From the NCBI GenBank assembly GCA_951406725.2, contig OX597830.1, positions 25,978,001-26,042,000 on the forward strand: DNA of 64,000 nucleotides. Direction: 5' to 3'. Below the pieces are notes generated by a model that did no database searches, was not told the DNA's origin, and saw only the letters and a list, made by a program, of their open reading frames with translations. Below, piece by piece: positions 13,621 to 28,425 of the stretch (position 1 is its first letter; every line of letters starts with the position of its first letter). A program made the position numbers and the translations under genes. The DNA is from Octopus vulgaris (lineage: Eukaryota).

Positions 13621-14589
13621 ATATATATATATGTGCATATGAGAGAGAAAGTGTGTGTGTATGGAGGCGTAATGGTCCAGTGGTTAAGGCAGCGAATCGC
13701 TGTTTCGATTCCCAGACCGGGCGTTGTGAGTGTTTATTGAGTGAAAACACTTAAAGCTCCATGAATTTCCGACCGGGGGTGGGGGGTGGCGAGCCCTGCT
13801 GTACTCTTTCAACACAACTTTATCTCAATCTTTCTTCCTGTTTCTGTTGTACCTGTATTTCAAAAGGCCAACCTTTTCACATTCTGAGTCATGCTGAATC
13901 TTCCCGAGAACTACGTTCAGAGTACACGTGTCTGTGGAATGCTCAGCCACTTATACGTTAATTTCACGAACAGGCTGTTCCGTTGATTGAATCACCCGGA
14001 ACCCTTGTATATATATATATATATACGGAAGGAAATTCCACATGCTCGTAAATATAAAATAAGATTTAAGGTGAAAAAGCACAGAAATCTATTTCTGCGA
14101 AACGATTACTTAATCCATTACAATATGTACTGAGTCGACCGCTTCCGTTTCGCTACGCATGACTCAATGTTATGAAATCATAATTTTTTGATTTGGTCAT
14201 GCGTAGAAGTTAAAAAAAAACAACTTATTTTGATAAAACAACGTATATTTATAAAAATATAAAACAACCTATTTTTATTAAAAAAAAAAACAACTTATTT
14301 TTATAACTATGAGTTATGATTAACGAAGCTGTCGGAAATTCATGGAGCTTTAAGTGTTTTCGCTCAATAAACACTCACAACGCCCGGTCGAGGTGGCAGA
14401 ATCGTTAGCACGCTGGGCAAAGTGCTTAAGGGCATTTCGTCCATCTTTATGTTGTGAGTTCAAATTCCGGTGATATTGAGTTTGCCTTTCGGCGTCAATA
14501 AATTAAGTACCAGCCAAGTACTAGGGTTGATGTGATCGACTCACCCCACGCTCTCTCAAATTTCAAACCATGTGTCCTTAGTAGAAAGG

Positions 14590-14660
<71 letters not shown>

Positions 14661-14966
14661 CAATCATCATCATTGACATTATCTTCATCGTCGTCGTCAT
14701 TGTCGTCGTCGCTGTTGTGGAAAATCGTATGGCATTTTGATGCTGCTTAATAAATCATCTCTCATAGATCAATATCTTCTCTATCTCGGCCAATACAAAT
14801 GTGGTCATCATAGATTGTGTGGTTTTATTCGTCTGTTTTCTTCTTTTTTTACATATATATTTGTTGTGTTAAGCGAGATAAATCTGTTCACTATATTTAC
14901 ATTCATGACGTTTTCGAAATTAATTCTCCAATTAATAAGATTTATTTAGTAGTGATTTCCATCTCG

Positions 14967-15018
<52 letters not shown>

Positions 15019-15115
15019 CTGCATGTATGTATGTATTATGCATGTGTGTATATATATATACATATATATACGTACACAGACACATACATACACACACACA
15101 CACACTCACACACAC

Positions 15116-15152
<37 letters not shown>

Positions 15153-15221
15153 CATAGACACACACATACACACATATTTGTGTATCCGGGGCGGTGATGG
15201 AATTTATGCAAATATATATTC

Positions 15222-15289
<68 letters not shown>

Positions 15290-15880
15290 AGTGTATGTGT
15301 ATATGCATATGTATATGTGTGTACGCTTCAATATGTGTTTCAGTATGTATTCACTTTCTAATTAGAGTTTCAAACTGTTTAGTTCCGATTATTTGCAAGG
15401 CGTCAAAGTGACTAAGAAAAAAAACACTATCGCATAAATTGTAGCGAAAACAAAAATAATTCGCATTACTATTTGCACGATGATTCATCCTTTAAAATTC
15501 AAATCGATCTGGTAGATTTTCTTAGGTAGAGTTGTCCTTTATAACACATTGAACCATAGAGTTATGTTGCTTCGCCAGGAATCTAAATTTAACCATTAAT
15601 TGAACCTATCGACCGTTCTAATATGTCTCTTTAATTTTGCTCTAGGCCAGCAAAATTAAAGGGAATAGGGGCTAGTCTATTGTATAGACAGCAGTACTGA
15701 AATGTTACATTATTTTATCGACCCCGAAAGGATGAAATGCAAAGTCGAGCTCGGTGGAATTTGAACTCAGGTGTTAAAGAATCGGGGGGAAAATGCCTCT
15801 AAGCAATTTATCAGATGTGCTAACGATGCTGCCCGTTGGCCAGTTCACTCCAATTATAATGATGATAATGACAATGATGA

Positions 15881-16316
15881 AGGCCGCGAACTGGAAGAAA
15901 CGTTAGCACGCCTGGCGAAATGCTTAGGGCTATTTCGTCTGCCGTTACGTTCTGAGTTCAATTTCCGCCGAGGTCGACTTTGCCTTACATCCTTTTGGGG
16001 TCGATAAATTAAGCACCAGTTACGCATTGGGGTCGATGTAATCGACTTAATTCGTTTGTCTGTCCTTGTTTGTCCCCTCTATGTTTAGCTCCTTGTGGGC
16101 AATAAAGAAATAAGAAACGTTAGCCAACTGGGCGAAATGTTTAGCAGTATTTCGTCTGTCTGTACATTTTGCGTTCAATTTCTGCCGAGGACGACTTTGC
16201 CTTTCATCCTTTCGGGGTCGATAAATTAAGTACCAGTTGCATACTGGGGTCAATCCAATCGACTGGCCCCCTTCCCCAGCAAAAGTTTTGGGCCTTGTGC
16301 CTAGAGCAGAAAAGGA
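15881..16316 (+). mobile_element. SINE family B (tandem copies)
   Basis: GGCGGCGAGCTGGCAGAA..GTTCTGAGTTCAAATTCCGCCGAGGTCGACTTTGCCTTTCATCC..GGGGTCGATAAATTAAGTACCAG family. An inverted copy lies just upstream (about 15640-15840). Confidence 0.8.
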
Positions 16317-16609
16317 TAATAACGATGATGGTTTATATAATTTATTACAGATATATCTGATTAGACGGACATTACAAGGACAGATTACAATTTTTGCAGG
16401 GGTTTAAATAGAAGCATAAGAAAGGAGAGTGAAGAAGAGGTCAAATAGAATGTTCAAAGTATGTGTATACATTGGGGAGGGGGTAGTAAATCGATTACAT
16501 TGGATTTGCGTGCCCCCATTCAATGTTCTACATTTGTCTTCTTTCTGCCGTACTTATATTACTACATTGGTTTCCTCAATGGGGCCGCTGATATCTACAT
16601 CACGGCATA

Positions 16610-17432
16610 TACAAGGGGGTACCCAAAAGAAACCAGGATTTTGCAATCTTATTTTATTGACTTAGTTTTACATGTTTACACTTTTATCACCTTCAAAGTA
16701 TTCTCGATTTGAGGCCATGCATCGGTCCTGATGCATCTTCCATTGTAGGAAGCAGTTCTGGAACTCTGCGAATAACTGCCAAACGTTTACCTTTAAGAAC
16801 TTGTTTTTATTCGGGGTAACAAAACAAATCACAGCGAGCAAGATAGGGTGAATGTGGAGGGTGAGTAAGCGGGGTTACACACTCAGTTGTGACTGCTTTC
16901 AGTCTTCCGTGAGCAAGATAGACACAAATTTTGCTGCAACTCTTTCATTTGCAATTCTTCTTTCAAATTCGGTAGCAGGAGCTCCAGGACACACCGGTCA
17001 TATCAACAAATTCGTCAATGCATTTTCGTGTTGTTTTTATTCGTCCGTTGGTGTCGACAGTCGCCTTGAACGAAATTGTTCTTCAAGCGACAAATGACCA
17101 CTCCTAAAGTGTAAAAACCACTCATATACCTGTGTTGTTTTGCTCATGGGAGCGTCCTTGTAAACTGTCTGAAGCATGACAACTGTTTCGGCCGCCGTCT
17201 TACCCAGAAGAAAAGAGAATTTCACGGAAACACACTGATCCAATCGATGAATGAGGGAGAAGCACTGCAAAACAAAGACGCACCACATGGAAGTACGACA
17301 CTACACGCCGACAATGGTCGGCAGACTGATGCCTGAAGTTAGCATCAAGTGAAATCTAGCGGCGGAAGCCCGAATTACAATGAGCTTGTCCCACAGAAAA
17401 TGTTTCCAGTTACTTTTGGGTACCTCTTCGTA
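16610..17432 (-). mobile_element. Internally deleted mariner element
   Basis: TIRs tacaagggggtacccaaaagaaaccagg / ccagttacttttgggtacctcttcgta. ORF QCVSVKFSFLLGKTAAETVVMLQTVYKD..VYEWFLHFRSG..LEEQFRSRR is the mariner HTH. Confidence 0.85.
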
Positions 17433-18644
17433 TTTATGTTGTTTCTTACAAGAATATCAGATAAATTATATTTTCAATCGGCTGCTGCTTTTATTCACAG
17501 TTTTAACCAATATTTTGTTTTCAGCAATCAGTGTGAATGTGGTTGTCTTTTTTGGTTCTTCTTATCTTTTATCTCTCACGTGTTTCAGTTACAGAACTGC
17601 GGCCATGCTGGTGGAACCAAGCTTGAAGGGTTTTGATAGAACGAATCAATCCCAGTGTTTATTTTCAAGTCTTGTACTTATTCTATCGATCTCTTTTGTC
17701 GAACATCTACCCGTGGATACGTGAACAAACCAATACAGTCTGTGAAGCGGGTGGTGGAAACAAACACAGGCACAAAGATACAGATATAGATACACACACG
17801 CACACAAACATGCATATACGACGGGCTTCCACCAAATTCACTCACAAGACATTGGTCGGCCCGAGGCTATAGTAGAAGACATTTGCCCAATGTTCCACGC
17901 AGAGGGGCTGAACCCAAAACTAAGTGGTTACAATGCGAGCCCCTTAACCACATTCTTTCACTATTCCAGATTGCTCTGCCAGCTACCACATCATTATGCG
18001 AAGTTAGTATCAAGAGGACAGTCTCCCACAGTTGGTAATGACGTGGCTAATGACTTCATTCGGGTTTGTTCATAAAAGAAACGCGTTATCATCCGACTTT
18101 TTCAGTCATTTGGACAGATGGCGTTTGATGTGGAAATTTCTTGTTTCATGATTGCATGGATGTAACCTACAAGGTGCTATGTCAAAACCCTACGATACTT
18201 CATGTCAATCTTTTAATTTACATTATTCTCCCTATGATCTGTGCTTTTCAATTTTAATACAAACTCTCTCAGTGAATTGATTTACATTTCGATTTTGTTA
18301 TTGTATTAAATAGGATCTTCCTATGTTCCTTTGAGAGATATCAGTGTCTGATTAAACTTCACCTTGCTTCTAAATTTCATTAGCCATCTTGACGGTGCGG
18401 TTATTTACGTGATTGCAAACATGAGCGAGATAGCGGATCACCTTTTATTTGTCAGTTGCAGAAGTGGTTTCTGTGTCACTGACCGTGCCTCATATGATAA
18501 TACTACAGATGTATGTGTACATACGTACACACACGCACATGATGTTTGTGTGTGTGCCGGAGTAAATGTGTGAATGAGTGAAAATATACATAAGAGTATG
18601 TATTCTGATGCTAGGATGTGTGTGTGTGTGTGTGTATATATATG

Positions 18645-18700
<56 letters not shown>

Positions 18701-18763
18701 TACATATATACATATATATATATGTATGGATGTATATATATTATATATATGTATTATGTTTGC

Positions 18764-18812
<49 letters not shown>

Positions 18813-18829
18813 TATGTATGTATAATTAA

Positions 18830-21021
18830 TAATATCAGGGTAATAAAGATTTTAGAAATTTTTACTACCAGTGGCCTAGCGTGTAGAAAAATTAGTCAAC
18901 AGACTATACATTATTCATATAAATACAGTGTACATAAGAGGTATCTGTCATAGGATTCCTGGCACGCTAGAAGATGAACACTTCGCCTAACAAATTATTT
19001 TATTTGATAAAAGAGGTCAGAAACCATGGTCCAGGAGATACATGGTAATTTTTTTTATTTTTCATTTCCTTCGAAATTTTACCCCTAATAGTGGTTTGGA
19101 TTTTGGCTGTTCCTTCTCGCGTACCAGGAATCCATCATAGGATTCCTGGCACTATTACTATTTATAGTTACAAAAACCTGACCAGGAGCTCACTTCTCTT
19201 GTTGATGGAGGCTGGAGCTTGCTCTTAAAATAGGTCATGATTGGGGTTGTTTTATTTGTTATGCTCTTAGTAGGTTTGAATAGGTGTGTGCGTTACCTTT
19301 GGTCCAGAGTGCGGTGTTTGCATAAAAGTATTTTTGCTTGTTTAAATTTCTTTTTGTGGGGTTTGGTTACTACTTCATTAGTATTGCATATTGTGTAATG
19401 TATTCATTTTTATTGTTTGATAGTCCATTTGCGCTTTTGTAGCCATCTAAGGGCTTGTTCTTATTTGGTGTTTATTAATGCGTATTTTGAAGTAAATATT
19501 TGGTAAACCTCCTCTACGTAGAAGTCACATCTCTTTCCTCCTATTCTATACGGCTTAGCAGTACTAATTAGTTCTGAATCAATCGATTAGCTTTTGTTTT
19601 CGTCCTGAAATGACTAATATTAGTTTACTTAGGTTTGTACTATTTGTTTTTTCCCTATCCCTAAATAAATTCAAGTGACTAGTGAGTTTTCAAAACAAAA
19701 AAAAAAAGGAAGGTAGCACCAATATAAAAGTATTCCCTACCCTCGGAGGTTATTTTACATCAGTAGGCAACGTTCCTGGTTTTATACTTAGAATCTAACG
19801 GGCAGATTTTATTTCTTGCACAGTTGTAAAAACTAGTTTATCTATTTCTATTACTTTTTGCGTTGTTGAGGGATCTCTTCTAAAACTTTTCCCCTAACTT
19901 CCATATTATTTGTGATGAATCTACTGATGTTAGTTTCGGTACTGCTCTTTCTAGTGTTTCGACCTGTCATTTCAATGCCCGTGAGGGATTTTGTTAGGAT
20001 TGTTTCTCTTTGGTTGTCAGTTCTACTGTTACCATTCCTCTCTGGCCTAGTGCGATCAATTACTGTCTCATCACTTTACTGTTGCTATTTATCGTTACTC
20101 TATTATTTGTATTCTCATTACTATGATCTTCCTGGAAGATGCATAGTTTACTTGCATTATGAGCGGCTATTATTTTTGTCAGAATGCGGCTATTAGAAAA
20201 TGCTAGTTCAATGATATGATTATTAAATATTTTGTAGTATCTGCTATTTCCAGGAAAGTGTCTTTCTATCGCCGTATAGAACAATTTAGGCAGGCTGGAA
20301 ATTATCTGATTCCCAAATGGGATAATATATCACAACGTAGTTTTAAAACTATTACTGGTATTAGTGATTTCGGGTTTTGTCACCTTTTTATTGGTAGTGT
20401 ACTTCCTATTTTCACGGTTCTCACTCAAGTGTGCAGGTCACTTATTATTGTACACATTAGTTGTACAAAAAGTGTAAGCGTGTGAATATTTATAGCGGTT
20501 TGTTTCCTGTTGACTAATGCCTTTACAGTTATTCTGGCTGTGTATTTCAATACGCAGTACATACAGTATATATTCGTCCGAATCCTTACCATTCTTTTCG
20601 TATCCAGGTAACCTATGGTTATAATGTAAATAATACCTATGGATATGGTCTATATGTTCTATAATAATGTAAATAATACCCTATTGTTATGTTTTATATT
20701 CTCAGTCTTCCTATCTTTAACTTTTTTCCCCATCCTCGCGTGATGATTTGGGGTGTCCTTTCAGTTATACAATGTGTTGTAACTAGTGTTTGGATAGTTT
20801 ACTCTTTTACTCGTTTCAGTCATTTGACTGCGGCCATGCTGGAGCACCGTCTTTAATCGAGCAACTCGACCTCGGGACTTATTCTTTGTAAGCCCAGTAC
20901 TTATTCTATCGGTCTCTTTTGCCGAACTGCTAAGTGACGGGGACATAAACACACCAGCATCAGTTGTAAAGCAATGCTGCGGGGACAAACACAGATACAC
21001 ACACACACACACACACACACA

Positions 21022-21113
<92 letters not shown>

Positions 21114-21530
21114 CGACGAGCTTCTTTCAGTTTCCGTTTACCAAATCCCCTCACAAGGCTTTGGTCGGCCCGAGGCTATAGTAGAAGACACTTGCCCAAG
21201 GTGCCACGCAGTGGGACTGAACCCGGAACCATGTGGTTGGTAAGCAAACTACTTACCACACAGCCACTTACTTCTATTCTATTATGGTTTCTCTTGTTGA
21301 ATATTAACTTTTCTCTGTACCCCGCCTTCTCTGGTGCTAATTTATAGTAATCTTCGTTTAATCTAAATATTCCTCGTTAGCTGAGATACTTGATATGCGG
21401 GTTCAAGTGTCTTCTAGTATTGATTGGGTTATGTATCTAGGGTGATTAGTATTTTTGTGTATGCACTTAAGGTTTTTAGATCAAGCGAGGAGTACAATAA
21501 TTAGCACTGTAGAAGACTTGTATTATATCT
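18830..21530 (-). mobile_element. Degraded Penelope-like element (RT thumb plus GIY-YIG) interrupted by a SINE
   Basis: Frameshifted minus-strand pieces: CIHKNTNHPRYITQSI..RISSISANEE..YYKLAPEKAGY (about 21300-21480), FYTAIERHFPGNSRYYKIFNNHIIELAFSN..IIAAHN (20060-20284), and HLNLFRDREKTNSTNLSKLI / ISTAKPYRIGGKRCDFYVEEVYQI..LINTK (about 19460-19690). Confidence 0.75.
20801..21268 (-). mobile_element. SINE family A inserted in a Penelope-like element
   Basis: Near full-length reverse copy with an internal (CA)n. Confidence 0.85.
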
Positions 21531-21538
21531 TATAACTT

Positions 21539-21569
<31 letters not shown>

Positions 21570-21612
21570 TTACGATTGTATATGTATACATCTATGTATG
21601 AAGATATGTCTG

Positions 21613-21659
<47 letters not shown>

Positions 21660-21664
<5 letters not shown>

Positions 21665-22340
21665 TATGATACCCTAAATCTATATCGTAGCGATCGTCAT
21701 AATTATGTCACCATGTCTAACATATATGCACCTCTGTGACTATCATATCTATATAACTGACTATATTTTATGTCTCTATAACCGTTATGTCTATGACTTT
21801 ATGATTAACATTAGAATAATCTACGTGGCTATTACCATCATACCTACGTCATTATGACTGCCATATGGATATCCGTATCTATTATGCTTGATATATCTTT
21901 TGTAGTGTGACTGTCATATTCATATATTTATCAATCATATTTAAGTCACTTATAGCCGTCATAATCTAGAACCCTGTGACTCTTATCTACACCATTATGT
22001 CTATCATGTCTATACTTCTGTGACTGTCATAACTATAGAGTCATATCTATATGACTCTGACTACCATATCTATATCTCTAGGGCAATCATATCTACATCA
22101 GTATGATTAACCTTATGATAAACTTAACCTATACGACTGTGACCATCATACATACAGACCTTCACCGTCATACTCATATCATTGTATATCTCTGAGACTG
22201 TCATATCTCTTAGTATATCTGAAACATCTTTATCTTTGTTACTGTCGTATTTATGTCATTATTGACAGTCATAATATATACCTTGTGATTCTCATATCTA
22301 CACAATTGTGATAGTCATAATGTATAACACGGTAGCCGTT
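21660..22340. repeat. Degenerate minisatellite (TGACTRTCATATCTAT-like units)
   Basis: Recurring tgactgtcata/tatctat words over about 700 bp. Confidence 0.6.
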
Positions 22341-23223
22341 ACAATTTACTGCCCGACGAGTGTCATAACTGTGGGCGTCATATTCACAAACATGTTGCCA
22401 ATATCTACTACATTCTGATTGGCATCTCTGCATCCTTGCACTGTAAGCTAACATATTTTCCTCTCAATTGATCTTCAGAACGTTTTGTATTATGTGTTCA
22501 ACGTTAGAAATTAATTTAAAGACATAGATTGTTGTTTTCCTTCGTAAGGTTTCAGTGAATTTCTTTTTCTTCTGAGTATATAATTGTTAGTATATATGAG
22601 AATGGTAGGAGAGCGCTGAGTTGGATACTTTAATAACATTCATTTATTTGACAATTCTCTTCAAAAACATATGTAATGAGGTTAGCGGAGAAATCAGATG
22701 AACTGAAATCCCACAGGTGCTATGTAGCGTGTAGGGTGTCTGCCGATTGCTAAATAAGTAAAACGCGTTGTACTAAATTAAGAAAGCTTTACAAATAACA
22801 ATTATGTATATATGTATGCGTGTGTGTATGTACGTATGTATATATGTATGTATGTATGCATGTATGTATGTATGTATGTATGTATGTATGTATGTATGTA
22901 TGTATGTATGTATGTATATGTTTGTATGTAGGTAGTTATGCACGTACAAATGCAAGCGTGTATGTTTGTATGTATGTGAGCATGCATGTGTGTATAGCTG
23001 TCTATCTGACTGTCTATATGTTTGTGTCTGTCTATGTGCGTATGTATGTATGTATATGAGTGTGTGTGTGAGTGTGTAAACATATAATACATATGTTTGT
23101 GTATCATTGCATGGAGAGAGAATGTGAAAAACATACATGGACAGATATATGTACTTGGTATAGATGTATATATCCATACATATACATACTTGCATACATA
23201 AATGCATACATAAATGCATACAT

Positions 23224-23260
<37 letters not shown>

Positions 23261-23261
23261 A

Positions 23262-23636
23262 AGGCGCAGGGGTGACTGTGTGGTAAGTAACTTGCTTACC
23301 AACCACATAGTTCCGGGTTCGGTTCCACTGCGTGGCACCTTGGGCAATTGTTTTCTACTATAGGCTCGGGCCGACCAAAGCCTTGTGGGTGGATTTGGTA
23401 GACGGAAACTGAAAGAAGCCCGTCGTATATATGTATATGTATGTATGTGTGTGTATATGTTTGTATGTCTGTGTTTGTCCCCCCAGCATCGCTTGACAAC
23501 CGATGCTGGTGTGTTTACATCCCCGTAACTTGGCGGTTCTGCAAAAGAGACCGATAGAATAAGTACTAGGCTTACAAAGAATAAGTCCTGGGGTCGATTT
23601 GCTCGACTAAAGTCAAATACATGGTCGCAGTCAAAT
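23262..23636 (+). mobile_element. tRNA-derived SINE family A
   Basis: Head GGCGCAGG..TGTGTGGTAAG..GGTTCGGTTCC with A/B-box-like motifs and an internal microsatellite. Many homologous copies in the window. Confidence 0.85.
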
Positions 23637-23648
23637 ACATGCATACAT

Positions 23649-23754
<106 letters not shown>

Positions 23755-23908
23755 GTAAAAATTTAGATTCAGATGAATTTGGTACTTAAGTTGAGGCACC
23801 AGAATTTAGTACGGTATTATCCATAAAATTTCAAAATAAGATGATTAAAATCAAAATAATCAACAATGATATCTGGATATCCTTGTTACTTATTTTGATT
23901 ATACATAG

Positions 23909-23947
<39 letters not shown>

Positions 23948-24210
23948 ATTATACATAATTAACAATCGCAGAGTGGAAGGTGTTTATAAGACATTTAAAA
24001 CACACACAAAACCCATTAGATTCACTTCAACATTTAAATTTAATTTGTCAAAATATTTTCGTCGCTTTGAAACCGCGACCTATTCACTGACAAAATTTCG
24101 TGCAGCATCAGAATTTTTGTCAGTGAACAAGTCGCTGTTTAAGTTTACATCTTGAAGTGAATCTAACGGCTTTTGATGTCTTATGCTGACTTTAAATTTC
24201 ATATATATGC

Positions 24211-24306
<96 letters not shown>

Positions 24307-24399
24307 GTATAAAAATTATATATATATATAACATATATATATAACTATACAGAGAAGTATGTACGTTGTATATGCGTTGCATTTACATGCATGCATATA

Positions 24400-24433
<34 letters not shown>

Positions 24434-24875
24434 CATACATACCATGATGTATACATACATATGAGAGACAGAAAGAAAAGAAGAAAGAGAGAGAGAAAGA
24501 GAGAAAGAGAGAAAAGTGAGAGAGGGAGAGATAAAGAGAGAAGTAGGATATGCAGATTTTTGCCTATAGTAATCTTGTAGTAATACCTTCTGACAAATTG
24601 GTCTGTGTGATGCTTACCGTCTTGCTTTACGTCATTAGAACCAATTACAATAGTTGATGTCTGGATAAAATGCTGAATCATTAGAGACAACTTCCCAGTT
24701 TCATGTAATACACGGTCTTCACAATGGCTCTTGACTTTTCCAGTGTGAAAGGTTAAATGTTTGCAAGCATTGTTCTACGATGGGTTTGCTAGTAGGTGAT
24801 ATTCAGAGAATAGCTGTCGAAAATTCAAACTGAACACAATTACTGGTAGGTGCCACTGGACTATATTGCCTTCCG

Positions 24876-25040
<165 letters not shown>

Positions 25041-25585
25041 GCTGTTGTTATCATCATCATTATTGAGTGAGAGAGAAGTGACACTTGGGCGAAATATAAG
25101 AAACCAACTAACTCATCATGACTACCAGTCAGATAAGGGTACACCAGGCATATGCATCACAACCATATGTGGATAAACAGCGCATGATTTTGCGTGTGGG
25201 GCCCAGTTAGAATTTTCTTCAGGTCGAATAGCCCATCTTGCTCAAAAGGTCCCTGAATAAGGGTTGTTTAAGGAAGTTGAATGAAACACCCATGTTTCCA
25301 GAGGTGAATTATCCAAAACCCACAAAATTCCTCTCAATACATGGCTATGATGATCCCTCACTACTTCTGCTCGTGATCAGAGATGCACATATCATCAGCC
25401 ACCAAGGGACATGCTTAACTGGTTATGGTCAAACAACTGACAAGCAAATCTGTGGTATTGAGCAGAGTATTTGCTGTAACCCTTCTTTTATACCAAGACA
25501 AAACAATGTACATGATAATAATTCCAATCAGTTAAGATCAGGAGCCATGAGAACCACAGCCTTGTACTGCATCAAGGCTGTTATC

Positions 25586-26680
25586 ATTATTCAGTAGTTA
25601 TATTTTTTTTCACGTTCTTTCACTGTACTACCGAACACAACTCTGAGTAACTTGGGTATGTGCTTTGGTTTGTTGTGATACTCTTATTTTTACTGTATTG
25701 AGTGTGTTTTACGTAGGATGTGTGTAGTGCCTAGTAGTTCTATTTTCTGTATGTAATATATATTTCATAGTCCTGGTGTTTTTGTTATGTATTTGTTTGA
25801 ATATTTTTTTATCATACCTTATTCGCCCACTTTGATAGGAATTGGTTCTGTTTTTAGATTCCACATTTGAGTTACCTCTATTTCCAGGCCTTTTTATTTT
25901 GAAAGTTTCTCCATTTCTTTGAGAGAAACGTTGTCGTCTGTTGGTATTGATACATCAGTTAGAAAGCATTTTTTTCTTCATGATCTCTGACAACTATATC
26001 TGGCCTATTGGCCTTAATTTCTCTATTTGTGTGTATTGACATATCCCATATTATCGTTGCTTTCTCGTTTTCTGTGACCTTTTCTGGCGCAGTCTTACAC
26101 CATCTTTTTCTGTTGTTATTCCATAGTGTTGGCATAGCTTCCAGTGTATGTAGGTCCCACCTATGTCGTGTCTGTGAATATATTCCTTCTTAGCCAGGAC
26201 TGGGCAGCCAGAGATAATATGATTTATTGTTTCTTGTCCATCTCCACATATTCTGCAGTTACTTGTTATGTTTCTTTACATTATATTTTTTTGATAATTT
26301 CTGGTGGGGAGGCTTTGGTCTTGTGCTGCAATTAAATATCCTTCAGTCTCTGCTTTGTGTCCTGAGCTTCTCAGCCATTGCTGGGATTATGCTTTGTCTG
26401 TTTCTTTTGCGTTTAGTTTAGCCCAGTATCTGCCATGAAGGCGCTTTTCTTGCCATCGTTTTATCATGATCCGTTACTGTTTTAGTTTATTTTGGATTTC
26501 ATTTGTTTCACAGCTTTTGTATTTTTCTTTCTTTTTCTTCATAGTTGTTAAGTACTATGACTTCTTATTTGTATTTGTCAGCTTCCCCAAAGACTAAAAA
26601 CAGTTTGTTTTGCTCGTGTTTTGTGGCTATTTTTATTAGTTGTCCTTGTTTCTGAAGTAGGTATTTTTGCAATCCTATGG
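25586..26680 (-). mobile_element. R4/Dong-clade non-LTR retrotransposon 3' fragment (restriction-like endonuclease)
   Basis: Minus strand NRPDIVVRDHEEK..FLTDVSIPTDDNVSLKEMEKLSK..LEIEVTQMWNLKT..IPI (RPD..D..EK..K motif). The 3' end abuts a short (TAA/TGA) repeat. Confidence 0.8.
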
Positions 26681-26689
26681 TGGTTCTTT

Positions 26690-26806
26690 CACATTGATCC
26701 TGCTGTAACCGGGGATTGCTCTGTCGATTACCATACTTGTTCTTTCTTTTTTATTCACCACAACAATGCCCGATATCCGAAGTTTGGTCAGGTGATCGCA
26801 TTGTAT
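26690..26806 (-). mobile_element. Second, divergent RLE-type LINE fragment
   Basis: CDHLTKLRISGIVVVNKKERTSMVIDRAIPGYSRINVKE resembles the xRPDIVV..IID.A.P.D..I..KE motif. Confidence 0.5.
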
Positions 26807-26840
26807 TATTATAATTATCATCATCATCTCCACCACCACC

Positions 26841-26893
<53 letters not shown>

Positions 26894-26954
26894 TATCATC
26901 ATCATCATCAGCATCAGCAGCATCATTATTATTATCATTATTATTATTATTATC

Positions 26955-27850
26955 AAGCGTAGATCAAGAGTCAGCGCCTTGCTCCTGGAGTGTCGGCAAG
27001 CACTCACAGCTTTCTGCGAGTCGGGAAACGTGGTAAGTGGAAGTTCCACTATGGAGTTCTACTTGAGTTTAGTGGAGGGTAAGAGTGACGATGTCCTCGG
27101 GGAAACTCTGGGCAATGGGAGGGATCAATTAACAGGTATTTTCCTGAGGACTTTCGGGCCGAGGCCTATAGATAACTTCTAGAAATCCCTGGCCTGGTAA
27201 TGCTGCCGGGGACTCTGCCGGTTCGAGACAAGCTCAACAGACACGTAAGTGCTGTCAGACGGACCTGAGGTGTGTGCAGGGCAATGAAACCGTCCTGCAC
27301 GCACTCGTCGAGTGTCAGTGCATTACTGTCCTGTGGAGCTTTGTCGAACAGTTATTATCACGTGCAGGACGGATCTGGTTATCAGCCAAGTCCATCATGA
27401 AGATCGCACCACCTCCTTCCTTCGGCCGGGAAGGAAAGGCAGTTTTTCTCTATCTGGTGGCTTTGGCGAAGGAGGTAGTGTGGTAGACAAGATTGAAAGG
27501 ACTGACGACAGATACTTCCTTCTTCGGCCAAGCTCTCATCGATTTTTTCAAGTTCCACTTCGAAAGAAAAGTGCAAGTAGGGAGGGAAGTTCTGTCCCCA
27601 AGTAAATTTGTTGAAAAGTGGGTGAATGTGGCGAAATCGGAAGAGTTTGACAAGGAGAGAGGCGCCTGCTGAGGTGCATCTGGCGGTCGGGATAACCACC
27701 TATTGGGGGAATTTTATTGCTTAATTGTATTGTTGTCTTTGTTATTTTATTATTTACTCGATTTTTGTGTTAAACCCCATGTGTCCCTAGTTTTGTATTG
27801 TCACTATTTGTTTTGTGTTCGGCCGTTACGGCCAATAAAAAAAAAAAAAC
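26955..27850 (+). mobile_element. Tx1/L1-like LINE 3' end
   Basis: C..GNETVLHALVEC..LWSFVEQLL..LAKEVVW*TRLK..FFKFHFERK..FVEKW (zf-RVT-type C-terminus), followed by AATAAA and a poly(A) tail at about 27835-27849. Confidence 0.75.
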
Positions 27851-28050
27851 GATTGTTATTATTATTATTTTATTATTAAATATTGCAAGTATTAAGACAC
27901 AGCTGGAGATTGACACTTTGAAATACAGGCACTTTAATGGCGTCGATTGTGACAAGTTCTGTAGCCAATGAAGATAATTATTAAAGCTGATAAAGCAATT
28001 AGTAATAATTAAACGGCAGGAAAAAATGAAATGTAGAGAGATATACTGTG

Positions 28051-28081
<31 letters not shown>

Positions 28082-28175
28082 AATGGCCTGAGTGTTTTAT
28101 ATATATATATGCATGTTTACGGGTATGTATATTTATATATCTATCTATCTATCTGTCTGTCTATCTATCTATCTG

Positions 28176-28355
<180 letters not shown>

Positions 28356-28382
28356 CCTATCATTATCTATCTATCTATCATG

Positions 28383-28425
<43 letters not shown>

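Noticed and set aside
14128-14210. Hairpin CTACGCATGAC..GTCATGCGTAG followed by CGAAAC..GGTC on minus
   Set aside because: Looks like the 3' half of a hammerhead, but the CUGANGA box and stem I 5' strand are absent.
22330-22442. Possible upstream transmembrane exon (IYYILIGISASLH|gtaagc)
   Set aside because: No acceptor or start in frame, the hydrophobic stretch is too short, and it is continuous with the degenerate minisatellite.
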